Source: an uncultured Alphaproteobacteria bacterium (GTDB lineage: Bacteria > Pseudomonadota > Alphaproteobacteria > ATCC43930 > CGMCC-115725). From it: a DNA stretch of 64,000 nt. Below, one piece after another: positions 1 to 11,757 of the stretch. A program made the position numbers and the translations under genes. Numbering within the stretch: position 1 is the stretch's first letter; every line of letters starts with the position of its first letter. The DNA is taken from the NCBI GenBank assembly GCA_963772965.1, contig CAVYZU010000002.1, forward strand, positions 1,199,751-1,263,750. Reading direction: 5' to 3'. Below the pieces are notes generated by a model. The model made no database searches. It worked only from the letters and a program-made list of their open reading frames with translations, and was not told the origin of the DNA.

Positions 1-487
1 ATGGGCGCCGCCACGAATGGCCGGCAATCAATCCCCAATCGAAGGCGAGGCCGTTGCCGCCGGGCAAAGCGTCGGGCCGGAGCGGCGGCTTGGCGTCGAA
101 CAGCAGCATGTCCGCAGCATCTTCGTAATCCGCAGCCACGATGACATCATCCGGACCGGCGATCGATACCGCTTTCATGATTTTGCATTCGAAGTACGCT
201 TTCGCTTCGGCGACCCGCTGTGGGGTTTCGTGCCCGTGAAATTGCAGGAGGTCGAGCGGCACCAGGTCGAGCACCGCGGCAATCGAATGGTTGTCGGCAT
301 CGACAAACAGCCCGACCCGCATCACCTCGGGCGGGATCGCCGCGCATAATCTTGCCGCCTGCTGACGGGACACCGAACGCGGGCTCGGCGGGTAAAAGAC
401 AAAGCCGACATAGGCAGCCCCGCCGGCGATTGCGGCGACGACCGCGTCGGCATTGGTCAGCCCGCAAATCTTCGCGGCAACCCCCAT
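1..487 (-). CDS. trpF: N-(5'-phosphoribosyl)anthranilate isomerase TrpF, C-terminal end runs off the window
   Basis: Not in the ORF track because it is open at the window edge. Reverse-strand translation from ATG at 487 reads MGVAAKICGLTNADAVVAAIAGGAAYVGFVFYPPSPRSV..., the typical TrpF N-terminus (KICGLT, GFVF..SPR). Confidence 0.8.
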   Translation of the reverse strand, partial: MGVAAKICGLTNADAVVAAIAGGAAYVGFVFYPPSPRSVSRQQAARLCAAIPPEVMRVGLFVDADNHSIAAVLDLVPLDLLQFHGHETPQRVAEAKAYFECKIMKAVSIAGPDDVIVAADYEDAADMLLFDAKPPLRPDALPGGNGLAFDWGLIAGHSWRRP

Positions 488-495
488 TGCCGCCC

Positions 496-1119
496 TCAGT
501 GTTCACCGCCCTCGGGGCGGCGCCCCATCGCTTCGAGCTGGCGCGTCAGCTGGTCGATTTGCGCTTCAAGGCGTTTCAAACGTGGATCCTCGTCGGCCGC
601 TTGCGGCGATGCCGCCTCGGCCGATTTCGCCTTTTCGCCCGCGTTGTAAGACGGCGCCAACATCTTCAGCGCGCGATCGAACAATGCCATGTTCTGTTTG
701 CCCATCTCCTCGAACTGGCCGAATGGGAACATGCCAAAGGTCGCCTGCAGGCTCTTGCGCATCTGCTCCTGATTGCGGTTGAACGCGACCATTGCCTGTT
801 CGAGATACCCCGGCACCAGAAACTGCATGCTGTCGCCATAGAACGAGATCAACTGCCGCAGAAAGCTGATCGGCAGCAGGTTCTGGCCCTTCTGTTCCTG
901 CTCAACAATGATCTGCGTCAGCACCGAGCGAGTGATGTCCTCGCCCGATTTGGCGTCGTGGGCCACGAAATCGCCGCCTTCCTTGATCAATTTGGCGAGG
1001 TCGTCGAGGGTGACATAGCTGCTCGTCGCGGTGTTGTAGAGCCGCCGGTTGGCGTATTTTTTGACGACGACGGGCTTGCCGGTCGTTGGCTTGTCGTTGT
1101 TCGGGGTGTTCATGCGCAC
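496..1119 (-). CDS. phaR: polyhydroxyalkanoate synthesis repressor PhaR
   Basis: 207-aa ORF. KKYANRRLYNTATSSYVTLDDL N-terminus and LLPISFLRQLI core are the PhaR signature. Divergent from the pha biosynthesis genes. Confidence 0.9.
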   Translation of the reverse strand: MRMNTPNNDKPTTGKPVVVKKYANRRLYNTATSSYVTLDDLAKLIKEGGDFVAHDAKSGEDITRSVLTQIIVEQEQKGQNLLPISFLRQLISFYGDSMQFLVPGYLEQAMVAFNRNQEQMRKSLQATFGMFPFGQFEEMGKQNMALFDRALKMLAPSYNAGEKAKSAEAASPQAADEDPRLKRLEAQIDQLTRQLEAMGRRPEGGEH

Positions 1120-1247
1120 ACCATTTCCCCTCGGGATCGCTCCCCCGCGGCGACAATACAGCGTTTCGGCAAGATCGCCTTATCAATCCCGTGCAAATTG
1201 CCTCGGGCGCGCGTTCGCGGCGGTGACAGCGGAATATAGGGCAGCCG

Positions 1248-1562
1248 ATGACCGACCCCCAAGACCTTGCGCGCCGCTATCTGGCATTGTGGGAGGAGTA
1301 TCTGGCGGCAGTGATGAGCGATCCCGCAGCCACCGAGCTGTGGAGCTCGGCACTCGGCGATCGGCGGCGGAGTGACCCCGAAAGCGAGCCCGGATCGCCG
1401 GCTAGCGCCGCGCCCGCTGCCGGCACACCTGACCAGCGCAGCCGCTCTGTGGCTGAGCTCGCGCGCCGCGTTGCCGCTTTGGAAGATCGCATCGCCGCCC
1501 TCGAACGAGACCGGCCGGCGTTGGCGCGCTCTCGGCGCAGAAATCGACGCGTGCGAGCCTGA
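1248..1562 (+). CDS. hypothetical Ala/Arg-rich coiled-coil protein (possible small partner of the phaC-like gene)
   Basis: 104-aa ORF with heptad-like C-terminus VAELARRVAALEDRIAALE. Its last 190 nt overlap the phaC-like frame, so either this ORF or the 5' part of the next one is not real. No family recognised. Confidence 0.3.
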   Translation: MTDPQDLARRYLALWEEYLAAVMSDPAATELWSSALGDRRRSDPESEPGSPASAAPAAGTPDQRSRSVAELARRVAALEDRIAALERDRPALARSRRRNRRVRA

Positions 1563-2634
1563 TCAATTCGCTGCGGCGCTCGATGGCGAGATCAGCCGGC
1601 GGGCCACCGCCTTTATCACCGGCCTCGAAACCTACCGCCGGCATCCCTATCGGCGGCCCGCCGCCACAGCACCGGTTGTTTGGGAAGAGGGCGCCAGCCG
1701 CCTTCTCGATTATTGCGGCGACCACGACGCGCCGGCGGTACTCGTCGTGCCGTCGCTGATCAACCGGTATCACGTGCTCGATTTGTTACTCGAGCGGAGT
1801 TTCTTGCGCTTTCTGGTGGGCCAAGGCTTGCGTCCGCTGGTCGTCGATTGGGGCGAGCCGGGGCCGGTCGAACTGGAGCTTGATCTGGGCGGCTACGTGG
1901 AACGCCTCGATCACGCTTTTGCCGCCGCCTCGCAAAGCTCAGGGAGGCCAATGGCGGTTGTCGGCTACTGCATGGGCGGACTGCTTGCCTTGGCATTGGC
2001 GCAACGCAGGCAGCGGCAGGTCGCGTGTTTGGCATTGCTTGCGACACCCTGGGACTTCGCTGGCGAGCGGCCGATCCCGCCGGGTGTGCTCGGGTTTTTC
2101 AACCAGTGGCTCAGCAGCAGCGATGTCGCCGCATTGCCGGTCGAACTGGTGCAGAGCCTGTTTTTTATGCTCGACCCATTTCTGGGCCAGCGCAAATTCG
2201 TCCGCTTCGCGGGCCTCGACCCGACGGGCAAGGAGGCCCGTAGCTTTGTCGCACTCGAAGACTGGATCAATGACGGGGTGCCGCTGCCGATTGGGGTGGC
2301 GCGTGAGTGCTTCAGCTCGTGGTATGGCGACAATATGACTGGGCGCGGGCTGTGGCGGGTCGCGGGCTGCGCCGTGCGCCCGCAACGGCTGCGCATCCCA
2401 GCGCTGGTCGTGATCCCCGGCCGCGACCGCATCGTGCCCCCGGCTTCGGCCGAGCCGCTGGCCGCGTTGATCCCCAACGCTGACGTGCTGCGCCCGCCGC
2501 TCGGCCATATCGGCATGATGTCCGGGGCGCGCGCGCCTGACATGCTGTGGACGCCGATCGCCCGATGGCTCAAGGCACAGCTCGATCATTCGCCGAGAGG
2601 GCGCCGGCTGGACAGCAGCGGAGGGCGCTCCTAG
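1372..2634 (+). CDS. class III/IV-sized PHA synthase-like alpha/beta hydrolase (PhaC-like)
   Basis: GTG 1372 is the longest start; the true start is uncertain. Motifs: VLVVPSLINRYHVLDL, VVDWGEPG, lipase box with catalytic Cys VVGYCMGGLLAL, TPWDF, late GHIGMM. Layout matches short (about 40 kDa) PhaC. Confidence 0.75.
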   Translation: MTPKASPDRRLAPRPLPAHLTSAAALWLSSRAALPLWKIASPPSNETGRRWRALGAEIDACEPDQFAAALDGEISRRATAFITGLETYRRHPYRRPAATAPVVWEEGASRLLDYCGDHDAPAVLVVPSLINRYHVLDLLLERSFLRFLVGQGLRPLVVDWGEPGPVELELDLGGYVERLDHAFAAASQSSGRPMAVVGYCMGGLLALALAQRRQRQVACLALLATPWDFAGERPIPPGVLGFFNQWLSSSDVAALPVELVQSLFFMLDPFLGQRKFVRFAGLDPTGKEARSFVALEDWINDGVPLPIGVARECFSSWYGDNMTGRGLWRVAGCAVRPQRLRIPALVVIPGRDRIVPPASAEPLAALIPNADVLRPPLGHIGMMSGARAPDMLWTPIARWLKAQLDHSPRGRRLDSSGGRS

Positions 2635-2688
2635 ATTGACCACACATTTGCCCGGATCGGGGGCAAACCTTTGCCAAGGAGACCATTG

Positions 2689-3864
2689 ATGACCGATGTC
2701 GTGATTGCCGGCGCCGTGCGGACCCCGGTCGGGGCGTTCAACGGCGGGCTCGCCAGTCTGCCGGCGCACAAGCTCGGTGAGGTGGCGATTGTCGAGGCAC
2801 TGCGCCGCGCCGAGGTCGACCCGAAAGAGGTCTCCGAAGTCATCATGGGCCAGATCCTCGCCGCTGGCGAAGGCCAAAACCCGGCGCGGCAAGCCGCGAT
2901 CGGCGCCGGATTGCCGTTCGAGGTGACCGCCTACGGCGTCAACCAGCTATGCGGCTCCGGGCTGCGCACCGTGGCGCTCGGCTATCAGGCGATCCGCAAC
3001 GGCGATAGCGAGATTGTCGTTGCCGGCGGCCAGGAGAGCATGAGCCAGGCGCCGCACTGCATCCATCTGCGCAACGGCGTCAAAATGGGCGACGCCGAGC
3101 TGGTTGATACGATGATCCGCGACGGGCTGTGGGACGCTTTCAACGGCTATCATATGGGCAATACCGCCGAGAACGTGGCGCAGCGCTGGCAAATCACCAG
3201 GGATCAGCAGGATGCTTTCGCCGCCGCCTCGCAGGGCAAGGCCGAAGCAGCGCAAAAGTCCGGCCGCTTCAAGGACGAGATCGTCCCGGTCAAGATCGCC
3301 GGCCGCCGCGGTGAAACCATCGTCGACACCGACGAGCATCCCAAGCACGGCACCACCCTTGAGGTGCTGTCGAAATTGCGCCCCGCTTTTGACAAAAACG
3401 GAACGGTCACCGCTGGCAACGCGTCGGGCATCAATGACGGTGCCGCCGCGGTCGTATTGATGACCGCGGATACGGCGGCAAAGCGTGGCGTGCGGTCGCT
3501 GGCGCGCATCGTCTCCTGGGCAACGGCCGGCGTCGATCCCGCAATCATGGGCAGCGGGCCGATCCCGGCGAGTCGCATGGCACTCAAAAAAGCCGGCTGG
3601 TCGGCCGATGATCTCGATTTGGTCGAGGCCAACGAGGCTTTCGCTGCGCAGGCCTGCGCGGTCAACAAGGACCTCGGCTGGAATGTCGAGAAGGTCAATG
3701 TCAATGGCGGCGCGATTGCGCTCGGCCATCCGATCGGCGCATCGGGGGCGCGGGTATTGGTGACCTTGTTGTACGAGATGCAGCGCCGCAACGTGAAAAA
3801 GGGCTTGGCGACCTTGTGCATCGGCGGCGGCATGGGGATTGCTATGTGCCTCGAGCGCGACTAG
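2689..3864 (+). CDS. phaA: acetyl-CoA acetyltransferase (beta-ketothiolase) PhaA
   Basis: [60 protein letters not shown] 2689 preferred over the upstream start at 2671. Confidence 0.92.
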   Translation: MTDVVIAGAVRTPVGAFNGGLASLPAHKLGEVAIVEALRRAEVDPKEVSEVIMGQILAAGEGQNPARQAAIGAGLPFEVTAYGVNQLCGSGLRTVALGYQAIRNGDSEIVVAGGQESMSQAPHCIHLRNGVKMGDAELVDTMIRDGLWDAFNGYHMGNTAENVAQRWQITRDQQDAFAAASQGKAEAAQKSGRFKDEIVPVKIAGRRGETIVDTDEHPKHGTTLEVLSKLRPAFDKNGTVTAGNASGINDGAAAVVLMTADTAAKRGVRSLARIVSWATAGVDPAIMGSGPIPASRMALKKAGWSADDLDLVEANEAFAAQACAVNKDLGWNVEKVNVNGGAIALGHPIGASGARVLVTLLYEMQRRNVKKGLATLCIGGGMGIAMCLERD

Positions 3865-3908
3865 CCGCAAGGCTAAGTCACGCCGGGTAATTCGTTAGGG
3901 AGGAACGC

Positions 3909-4631
3909 ATGGGAAGAGTGGCGGTGGTCACGGGCGGGACCCGTGGGATTGGCCGCGCAGTATCGGTGGCCCTAAAGGATGCCGGCTATCGGGTGGCCGC
4001 CATTTATGGCGGCAACGACGCGGCGGCGCGGCAACTTCACGAGGAGACCGGCATCCCGGTCTTCAAATTCGATGTCTCTGACTTCAAGGCCTGCGCCGAC
4101 GGCGTCAAGGCGATTGAAGCCGCGCTCGGCCCGATCGAAGTGTTGGTCAACAACGCTGGCATTACGCGCGACGCAACCATGCACCGCATGAGTTGGGAGC
4201 AGTGGAATGCGGTGATCCAAACCAATTTGTCCTCGTGCTTCAACATGTCGAGACAGGTCATCGAAGGGATGCGGGCGCGCGGCTTTGGCCGGATCGTCAA
4301 TATCGGCTCGATCAACGGCCAAGCCGGACAATATGGCCAGGTCAATTACGCCGCCGCAAAGTCGGGGATTCACGGCTTTACCAAAGCTTTGGCCCAGGAG
4401 GGTGCATCGCGCGGGATCACCGTCAACGCCGTCGCTCCCGGTTATGTCGACACCGAAATGGTGCGCGCAGTGCCGGCCGATGTGCTCGAAAAGATCATCG
4501 CCCGCATCCCGGTCGGCCGGCTCGGGCACGCCGAGGATATCTCGCGCACGGTGCTGTTCCTGGTCGCCGACGAGGCTGATTTCATCACCGGCTCGACTCT
4601 GTCGGTGAATGGCGGCCAGCATATGTATTAA
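3909..4631 (+). CDS. phaB: acetoacetyl-CoA reductase PhaB (SDR)
   Basis: VTGGTRGIG, NNAGITRD, YAAAKSG and a 240-aa length, directly downstream of phaA. Confidence 0.92.
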   Translation: MGRVAVVTGGTRGIGRAVSVALKDAGYRVAAIYGGNDAAARQLHEETGIPVFKFDVSDFKACADGVKAIEAALGPIEVLVNNAGITRDATMHRMSWEQWNAVIQTNLSSCFNMSRQVIEGMRARGFGRIVNIGSINGQAGQYGQVNYAAAKSGIHGFTKALAQEGASRGITVNAVAPGYVDTEMVRAVPADVLEKIIARIPVGRLGHAEDISRTVLFLVADEADFITGSTLSVNGGQHMY

Positions 4632-4634
4632 CGC

Positions 4635-5210
4635 GTGTTGGTGGCGCGCCGGGCATTGCTGACACTACCGGCGCAATTGGCGGTGGCCGGCATCGTGAAA
4701 GCCGCTGTCGTCGACGAAGATCTCGAATATCGCGATGGCTGGCTGACCTGGCCTGAGGGCAAGGCGCGAGCCGCGATCGGCCGAGCCGGTATTTCGACCC
4801 ATAAGATCGAAGGCGACGGCGCCACCCCTGCCGGTACGTTCTCGTTGATTTCCGGCTATTATCGCGCCGATCGGATAGAGCCGCCGCGAACACGCCTGCC
4901 GCTTGGCGCTCTGCAGCCGACCGACGCGTGGGTCGATGATCCCGCCGACGGCAATTACAACCGCCCCGTCAGCCTGCCCTACCCGGCCCATACCGAGCCG
5001 ATGTGGCTCGACGACGCGGCCTACGATCTGTTGGTCGTGATCGGCTACAACATGGCGCCGGTCGTTCGCAGCGCTGGCAGCGCGATATTTCTACATGTCG
5101 CACGGCCCGATTTCTCGCCAACCGCCGGATGCATTGCGGTCGAGAAATCGGTTCTGGTTAGCCTATTGCCGCTGCTCGGTCCTGCGAGCAGGTTGACGAT
5201 CCGCATTTGA
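4635..5210 (+). CDS. L,D-transpeptidase family (YkuD domain) protein
   Basis: GTG start 3 nt after the phaB stop, signal-like N-terminus, catalytic motif FLHVARPDFSPTAGCIAV (His ... Gly-Cys). Confidence 0.75.
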   Translation: MLVARRALLTLPAQLAVAGIVKAAVVDEDLEYRDGWLTWPEGKARAAIGRAGISTHKIEGDGATPAGTFSLISGYYRADRIEPPRTRLPLGALQPTDAWVDDPADGNYNRPVSLPYPAHTEPMWLDDAAYDLLVVIGYNMAPVVRSAGSAIFLHVARPDFSPTAGCIAVEKSVLVSLLPLLGPASRLTIRI

Positions 5211-5231
5211 GCGCCATCGCCCGTGGCCAAA

Positions 5232-5543
5232 CTATTTGCGGTAAGGGCGCCTCGGCCGTCGTGGTCGGGCGAGCAGAAGAACGAGCGCGCCCAAGCCGAT
5301 CAGCACGGCACACGCCCAAGACAGGAGGACAGGAACGGCGATCCGATTCCATAAAAACGGCGAGAGATAGCGCTGGGTGATTGCCTGCGCCAAGTTGAGG
5401 CTCGATCGGTCGAAATCGTACCACAATTGACCCACAGCAATCGGCCGCCACAGGCCGATGTCAAAGCTGGCGATTACATCCCTCACCAGCACCGAGAGGC
5501 CGGCAAGGAGTAGTATCCAGCCGATTACGCGCCAGACGATCAT
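5232..5543 (-). CDS. small hypothetical membrane protein
   Basis: Only the last 103 codons (from ATG 5543) of the 218-aa track ORF look real. They show two hydrophobic helices and a basic RPRRPRRPYRK tail. The upstream part overlaps the thiC riboswitch on the other strand. Confidence 0.4.
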   Translation of the reverse strand: MIVWRVIGWILLLAGLSVLVRDVIASFDIGLWRPIAVGQLWYDFDRSSLNLAQAITQRYLSPFLWNRIAVPVLLSWACAVLIGLGALVLLLARPRRPRRPYRK

Positions 5544-5674
5544 CTGTGCTCCCAATGTTCTTTTCCGCCAGTTTACTCTGCTAGGAGATCGGCACAACGG
5601 CTTTGCCGCATGATCGGGCTGCGTCATCAAACCGCAACCTTGACGCCGGGGCGACACTCTGCGGATAATCAATT

Positions 5675-7751
<2,077 letters not shown>

Positions 7752-7779
7752 TCAGCTCGGTTAATCGAGTGCCTCGCCC

Positions 7780-7844
7780 GCCCTCACCCGATTTACCCTC
7801 TCCCTGCATGCGGGGGAGGAGAGCGCGTCAGCGGGGATGAGGGC
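7780..7844. repeat. REP-like nested palindrome downstream of thiC
   Basis: Outer arms GCCCTCACCCG / CGGGGATGAGGGC enclose the inner CCCTCTCCC-tgcatgc-GGGGGAGGAG. May also act as the thiC terminator. Confidence 0.5.
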
Positions 7845-7916
7845 TGTCGCGCTGACGGTCCGCCGATCTCGGGCACGGCGCCGGCGCGCCGCTATCCGGA
7901 GCGGCCGATCGTCGGG

Positions 7917-8310
7917 GTGCTGGCGGTGGTGTTGCGCGGCGAGCGGGCGCTGGTCGTGCGCCGCGCCAACCCGCCCATGGCCGGGCGCTGGGGATTTCCC
8001 GGGCGGCGTGCTCGAACTGGGCGAGACCGTCGCCGAGGGCGCGATGCGCGAACTCCTCGAGGAGACCGGCGTCGTCGCCGAGCCGATCGGCCCGCTGACC
8101 GTGATCGACACGATCGACCGCGACGACGAAGGCCGCGTGCGCTTCCACTACACGCTGGTCGCGGTGCGCGGCCTCTGGCGCTCGGGCGAGGGTGTCGCCG
8201 CCGACGATGCCGACGAGGTCGCCTGGCTCAGCCGCGCCGAGATTGTCGAGGGCGGCCTGTTGACCGCCCCCGCCCTGCTGCCATTGATCGATTTGGCGCT
8301 TAAAAGCTGA
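7917..8310 (+). pseudogene. NUDIX hydrolase with apparent +1 frameshift near 7998-8006 (or sequencing error)
   Basis: The frame of 7917 gives LAVVLRGERALVVRRANPPMAGRWGFPG. The frame of 7837 continues GGVLELGETVAEGAMRELLEETGV (Nudix box). The junction is in CCCGGGCGGC. Confidence 0.75.
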
Positions 8311-8364
8311 TGCGGCTCGTCGCCTGCGCGCTCCGTGCAGGGTTCGCTCTTTAATGCTCTCAGG

Positions 8365-8862
8365 CTAAGAATTGCTGCAATCTAGCGCAGCGAGGCGGCG
8401 GAGGGCTGCGATGTCGGCGCCATAGCGCTGCCATTCTCTAAGGTGCGTCATGCCGAGGCGATGGTAGAAATCGCGCGCCGGATTCCAGTCGAGGACCTGA
8501 AAGTCGATGCGGCTCCAGCCGCGCTCGACGGTGATCGCCGCGAGCCGCGCCATCAGACGGCGCCCAACGCCGAGCCCGCGTGCCGCTTCGCTGACGTAGA
8601 GGTCTTCGAGATACATGCAGGGCCGGCCAAGCCAGGTCGAAAATCGCGAATGGAACAGCGCGCAGCCGGCTGGCTCGCCGTCGAGAAACGCGAGGATCGC
8701 CTCGAACTGCCGGTCCGGCCCAAAACCGTGCCGCCGCAAATCGTCCTCGGTCGCGACAACGGCAGCCGGGGCCCTTTCGTATTTGGCGAGTTCACGGATA
8801 AACCGCAGCAACAGGCCGGCATCGTCGGAGGCCGCAAAGCGGATCGTGATGTGCTCGTTCAT
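8365..8862 (-). CDS. GNAT family N-acetyltransferase
   Basis: MNEHITIRFA... LEDLYVSEAARGLGVGRRLM ... NPARDFYHRLG is the typical acetyl-CoA binding core. Confidence 0.85.
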   Translation of the reverse strand: MNEHITIRFAASDDAGLLLRFIRELAKYERAPAAVVATEDDLRRHGFGPDRQFEAILAFLDGEPAGCALFHSRFSTWLGRPCMYLEDLYVSEAARGLGVGRRLMARLAAITVERGWSRIDFQVLDWNPARDFYHRLGMTHLREWQRYGADIAALRRLAALDCSNS

Positions 8863-8999
8863 TGCGTCAACCATGGTATCCCGTAAACCGGGTCGCGGCC
8901 GGTAAAAGGAAGTTGCGACGCCGTAGTGCTCCTGAACTCGATGGGAATTTCCAGGGCAGCGCCCAGAGGTTAACCTAGCCCGCTAGCGCAACGGCGACA

Positions 9000-9497
9000 A
9001 TGGAGGAGGCGGTCATGCCACAGGAAGCGAGACCCCCGGCGATCGAGGCGACGGCAGCACCGGAAGCGCGCCCCGGGCGCGGCTATCCCGAGCCGTATGC
9101 GAGCCGGGTCACGGGGCGAGTGCGGCGGCAGCTCGGCGATCTATTCGGGCTGACCAATTTCGGGGTCAATCTGACCCGGCTGCCACCCGGTGGTCTGTCG
9201 GCATTGCGCCACACCCATAGCCGAGAGGATGAATTTATCTACATTCTAGAAGGTGAGCCGGTGCTGGTGACCAACAGCGGCGAGACCGTGCTGCGCCCCG
9301 GCATGTGCGCCGGCTTCAAAGCTGGCGACGGCAATGCGCATCATCTGCTGAACCGCACGATGCACGATGTCGTCTATCTCGAAATCGGCGACCGCAATCC
9401 GGGCGACACCGTGATCTATCCGGACGACGACATCGGCCGCGCCCTGATGCCGGACGGTAGCCGCCGCTTTGTACACCGCGACGGCACGCCGTACTAA
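9000..9497 (+). CDS. cupin domain protein
   Basis: HTHSREDEFIYILEGEPVLV ... GDGNAHHLLN are cupin motifs 1 and 2. Confidence 0.75.
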   Translation: MEEAVMPQEARPPAIEATAAPEARPGRGYPEPYASRVTGRVRRQLGDLFGLTNFGVNLTRLPPGGLSALRHTHSREDEFIYILEGEPVLVTNSGETVLRPGMCAGFKAGDGNAHHLLNRTMHDVVYLEIGDRNPGDTVIYPDDDIGRALMPDGSRRFVHRDGTPY

Positions 9498-9535
9498 TTC
9501 TTCGGCCATTTCAGTCGATGAAGGAACGCAGAAAA

Positions 9536-9557
9536 AGCCCCGCGGCAGTGCGGGGCT
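9536..9557. terminator. bidirectional hairpin terminator between convergent cupin and KGG genes
   Basis: AAAAAGCCCCGC-ggcagt-GCGGGGCTctcgTTT: an 8-bp GC stem flanked by an A-run and a T-rich tail. Confidence 0.55.
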
Positions 9558-9582
9558 CTCGTTTAATGATAATGGCTGGATC

Positions 9583-10137
9583 TTATCGACTTTGATCCCG
9601 CGATCCGCCGCCGTGCCGCCCGGCTTCGACGGCGATCTCGGTATCATGCGGTTTGCTGTGCTCGGGGATCTCGCGGCCGACCGTGTCGCCCGGCTTTACC
9701 TGCTCGCGTTCGGTGGCGGGTCGGTCGGGGCTGCTGCCGGTATGACTGTGTTCGCCGCCGTGCCGGCCGGCTTCGACGGCGATCTCCGTATCATGCGCCT
9801 TACTGCGCTCCGGGATCTCGCGTCCGACGTGCTGCTCTCCGATGTCATGCCGAGAGCCGATCGGCTGCCCGCTGCGCTGGGCGCCGGCACCGCTATGACC
9901 GCTCTCGCCGCCTTTGCGGCCAGCCTGGGATGCCAGTTCGGGATCGCGGGAAAAGCTGCGCTCGCCGGCCGGGACGTTCTGTCCACCTTTGCGGCCAGCC
10001 TCCGAGGCGCGCTCCGGGTCGTTTTTGAAATTTCCGCCGCTGGCCTGGCCGCCCTTGCTGGCGATCTCACGCTGTCTCTGCTGGTCCATCGACGCAAAGC
10101 CGCGGTTTGAACTGTAGGATTGGTCGCGATCAGGCAT
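9583..10137 (-). CDS. KGG-repeat general stress protein
   Basis: Repeated SKGGQ / GRKGG motifs and a 49-codon internal tandem duplication (VGREIPE(R/H)SK(A/P)HDTEIAVEAGRHGG). Confidence 0.8.
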   Translation of the reverse strand: MPDRDQSYSSNRGFASMDQQRQREIASKGGQASGGNFKNDPERASEAGRKGGQNVPAGERSFSRDPELASQAGRKGGESGHSGAGAQRSGQPIGSRHDIGEQHVGREIPERSKAHDTEIAVEAGRHGGEHSHTGSSPDRPATEREQVKPGDTVGREIPEHSKPHDTEIAVEAGRHGGGSRDQSR

Positions 10138-10331
10138 AACTCCGAATCCTCCGCCGAATTTCGCTGCCCTCAGGCTCTACACCATCGGCAACTTAATAAA
10201 CCAACAGCGGCAAGCAGACCCGGTTCCGAGAAATCAATCGAACAATATAAGCAAAAAACTGGCGGATTCGCTAGACAAACCGAATCAACGACTTGCCGTT
10301 TGTAAATGAACATTTGCTCTGTGCCTAAAGC

Positions 10332-11597
10332 TTAGGCGAAGCGCGACGGTAAAAACGGCGCGATATCGATCGATGGCGCGCGGCCGGTGATGAGATCGGC
10401 GACCACCTTGCCGGTCATCGGCGCCGAGGTCATGCCGACATGACCGTGGCCAAAGGCATAGATCACGTCCGGCGTGGCGCTGGACGGTCCCAGCACTGGA
10501 AGTGAATCGGGGAGGCTCGGACGGTGACCCATCCACAGCGAGAGCCGCTCCTCGGGGTAGTCGGCCGCGAGCCCGGGGAGCATCTTGCGGCCCTGTTCGA
10601 GCAGAATTCGCGCGCGCCGCCAATCGGGTGGCGCCTTGAGGCCCGCCAGTTCGACGGTCCCGGCAAAGCGCAATCCGGTCGCCATCGGCGTTGCGACGAA
10701 CTTGCCGTCGGCATCGGCGGTCGGGATGCGCGGCATGATTTCGGGATCGCGGATCATCAGATGGTAGCCGCGCTCGGTTTCGAGCGGTATCCGGTCGCCC
10801 AAGGCCGTGGCGAGCGGCTTTGACCAGGCGCCGGCGCAGATCACAGCGGCGTCGGCCGGCAAGTCGCCCCGGTCGGTCTCGATCGCGCGCAGCCGGCCGC
10901 CGTCGAGCCGAAACCCATGCGCGCGAGCCCGGACCAGCTTGCCGCCCGAGCGCAAGACATGCTCCAGCAGCCGCTGCACCAGACCAAGCGGGTTTGAGGT
11001 ATGCCCGTTTTCGCGCACCAGAATGCCGCGCTGGTAATCGCGCGATAGGCTCGGTTCGAGCTGGCGCAATTCGTCGGCGTCGAATTCGTCGATTTCGACC
11101 CCGTTCTCGCGCCGCAATTCCCAGGCGAGCCGCTCCTTTTCGGGTCCCAGCGGCGAGCGGTAAACGTAGAGATGGCCGAGGCGATGGACGAGATCCTCGG
11201 CCCCGGCATCACGGACCAGCGGCGACAATGCCTGCAACGTCGCGCCGACCAACGGGCGCAAGGCGCGGGCCTGGGCGTGGACTTTTTCGGGCGCGCCGGC
11301 GCGGATAAAGCGAACCAGCCAGGGTGCCGCGACCGGCAGATATTGCCAGCGCAACGACAACGGCCCGAGCGGGTCGAACAGCCAGCCCGGCACCTTCCAC
11401 ATCACCCCCGGCATCGACATCGGCGTCACCGACGAGGCATTAAAGGCGCCGGCATTGCCGAACGAGGCGCCGTGGCCCGGCTCGCCGGCTTCGATGATGA
11501 ACACCTGGTGGCCGTCGCGCTGCAAATAGCTCGCGGCACAGACCCCGACCATCCCGGCGCCGATCACGCCGACCCGCTTGCTGCCATCCGCCGGCAT
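10332..11597 (-). CDS. FAD-dependent oxidoreductase, D-amino-acid dehydrogenase (DadA)-like
   Basis: N-terminal VGVIGAGMVGVCAASYL Rossmann motif; SFGNAGAF; 421 aa. Confidence 0.85.
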   Translation of the reverse strand: MPADGSKRVGVIGAGMVGVCAASYLQRDGHQVFIIEAGEPGHGASFGNAGAFNASSVTPMSMPGVMWKVPGWLFDPLGPLSLRWQYLPVAAPWLVRFIRAGAPEKVHAQARALRPLVGATLQALSPLVRDAGAEDLVHRLGHLYVYRSPLGPEKERLAWELRRENGVEIDEFDADELRQLEPSLSRDYQRGILVRENGHTSNPLGLVQRLLEHVLRSGGKLVRARAHGFRLDGGRLRAIETDRGDLPADAAVICAGAWSKPLATALGDRIPLETERGYHLMIRDPEIMPRIPTADADGKFVATPMATGLRFAGTVELAGLKAPPDWRRARILLEQGRKMLPGLAADYPEERLSLWMGHRPSLPDSLPVLGPSSATPDVIYAFGHGHVGMTSAPMTGKVVADLITGRAPSIDIAPFLPSRFA

Positions 11598-11757
11598 CGA
11601 CTCGCCCCTCGCTGCTCAACCCCGATAAAACCCGCGCCCGCGCTCGACAACAATGGTGGGGCCGCTGCCGCCGGTAAAGCATAACGCGCGGTGCTGGCCG
11701 GCGGTGGACGATCGCGGCTATGCTCATGCCAGGCAATAAACCCACGGAGCGGAAAAC

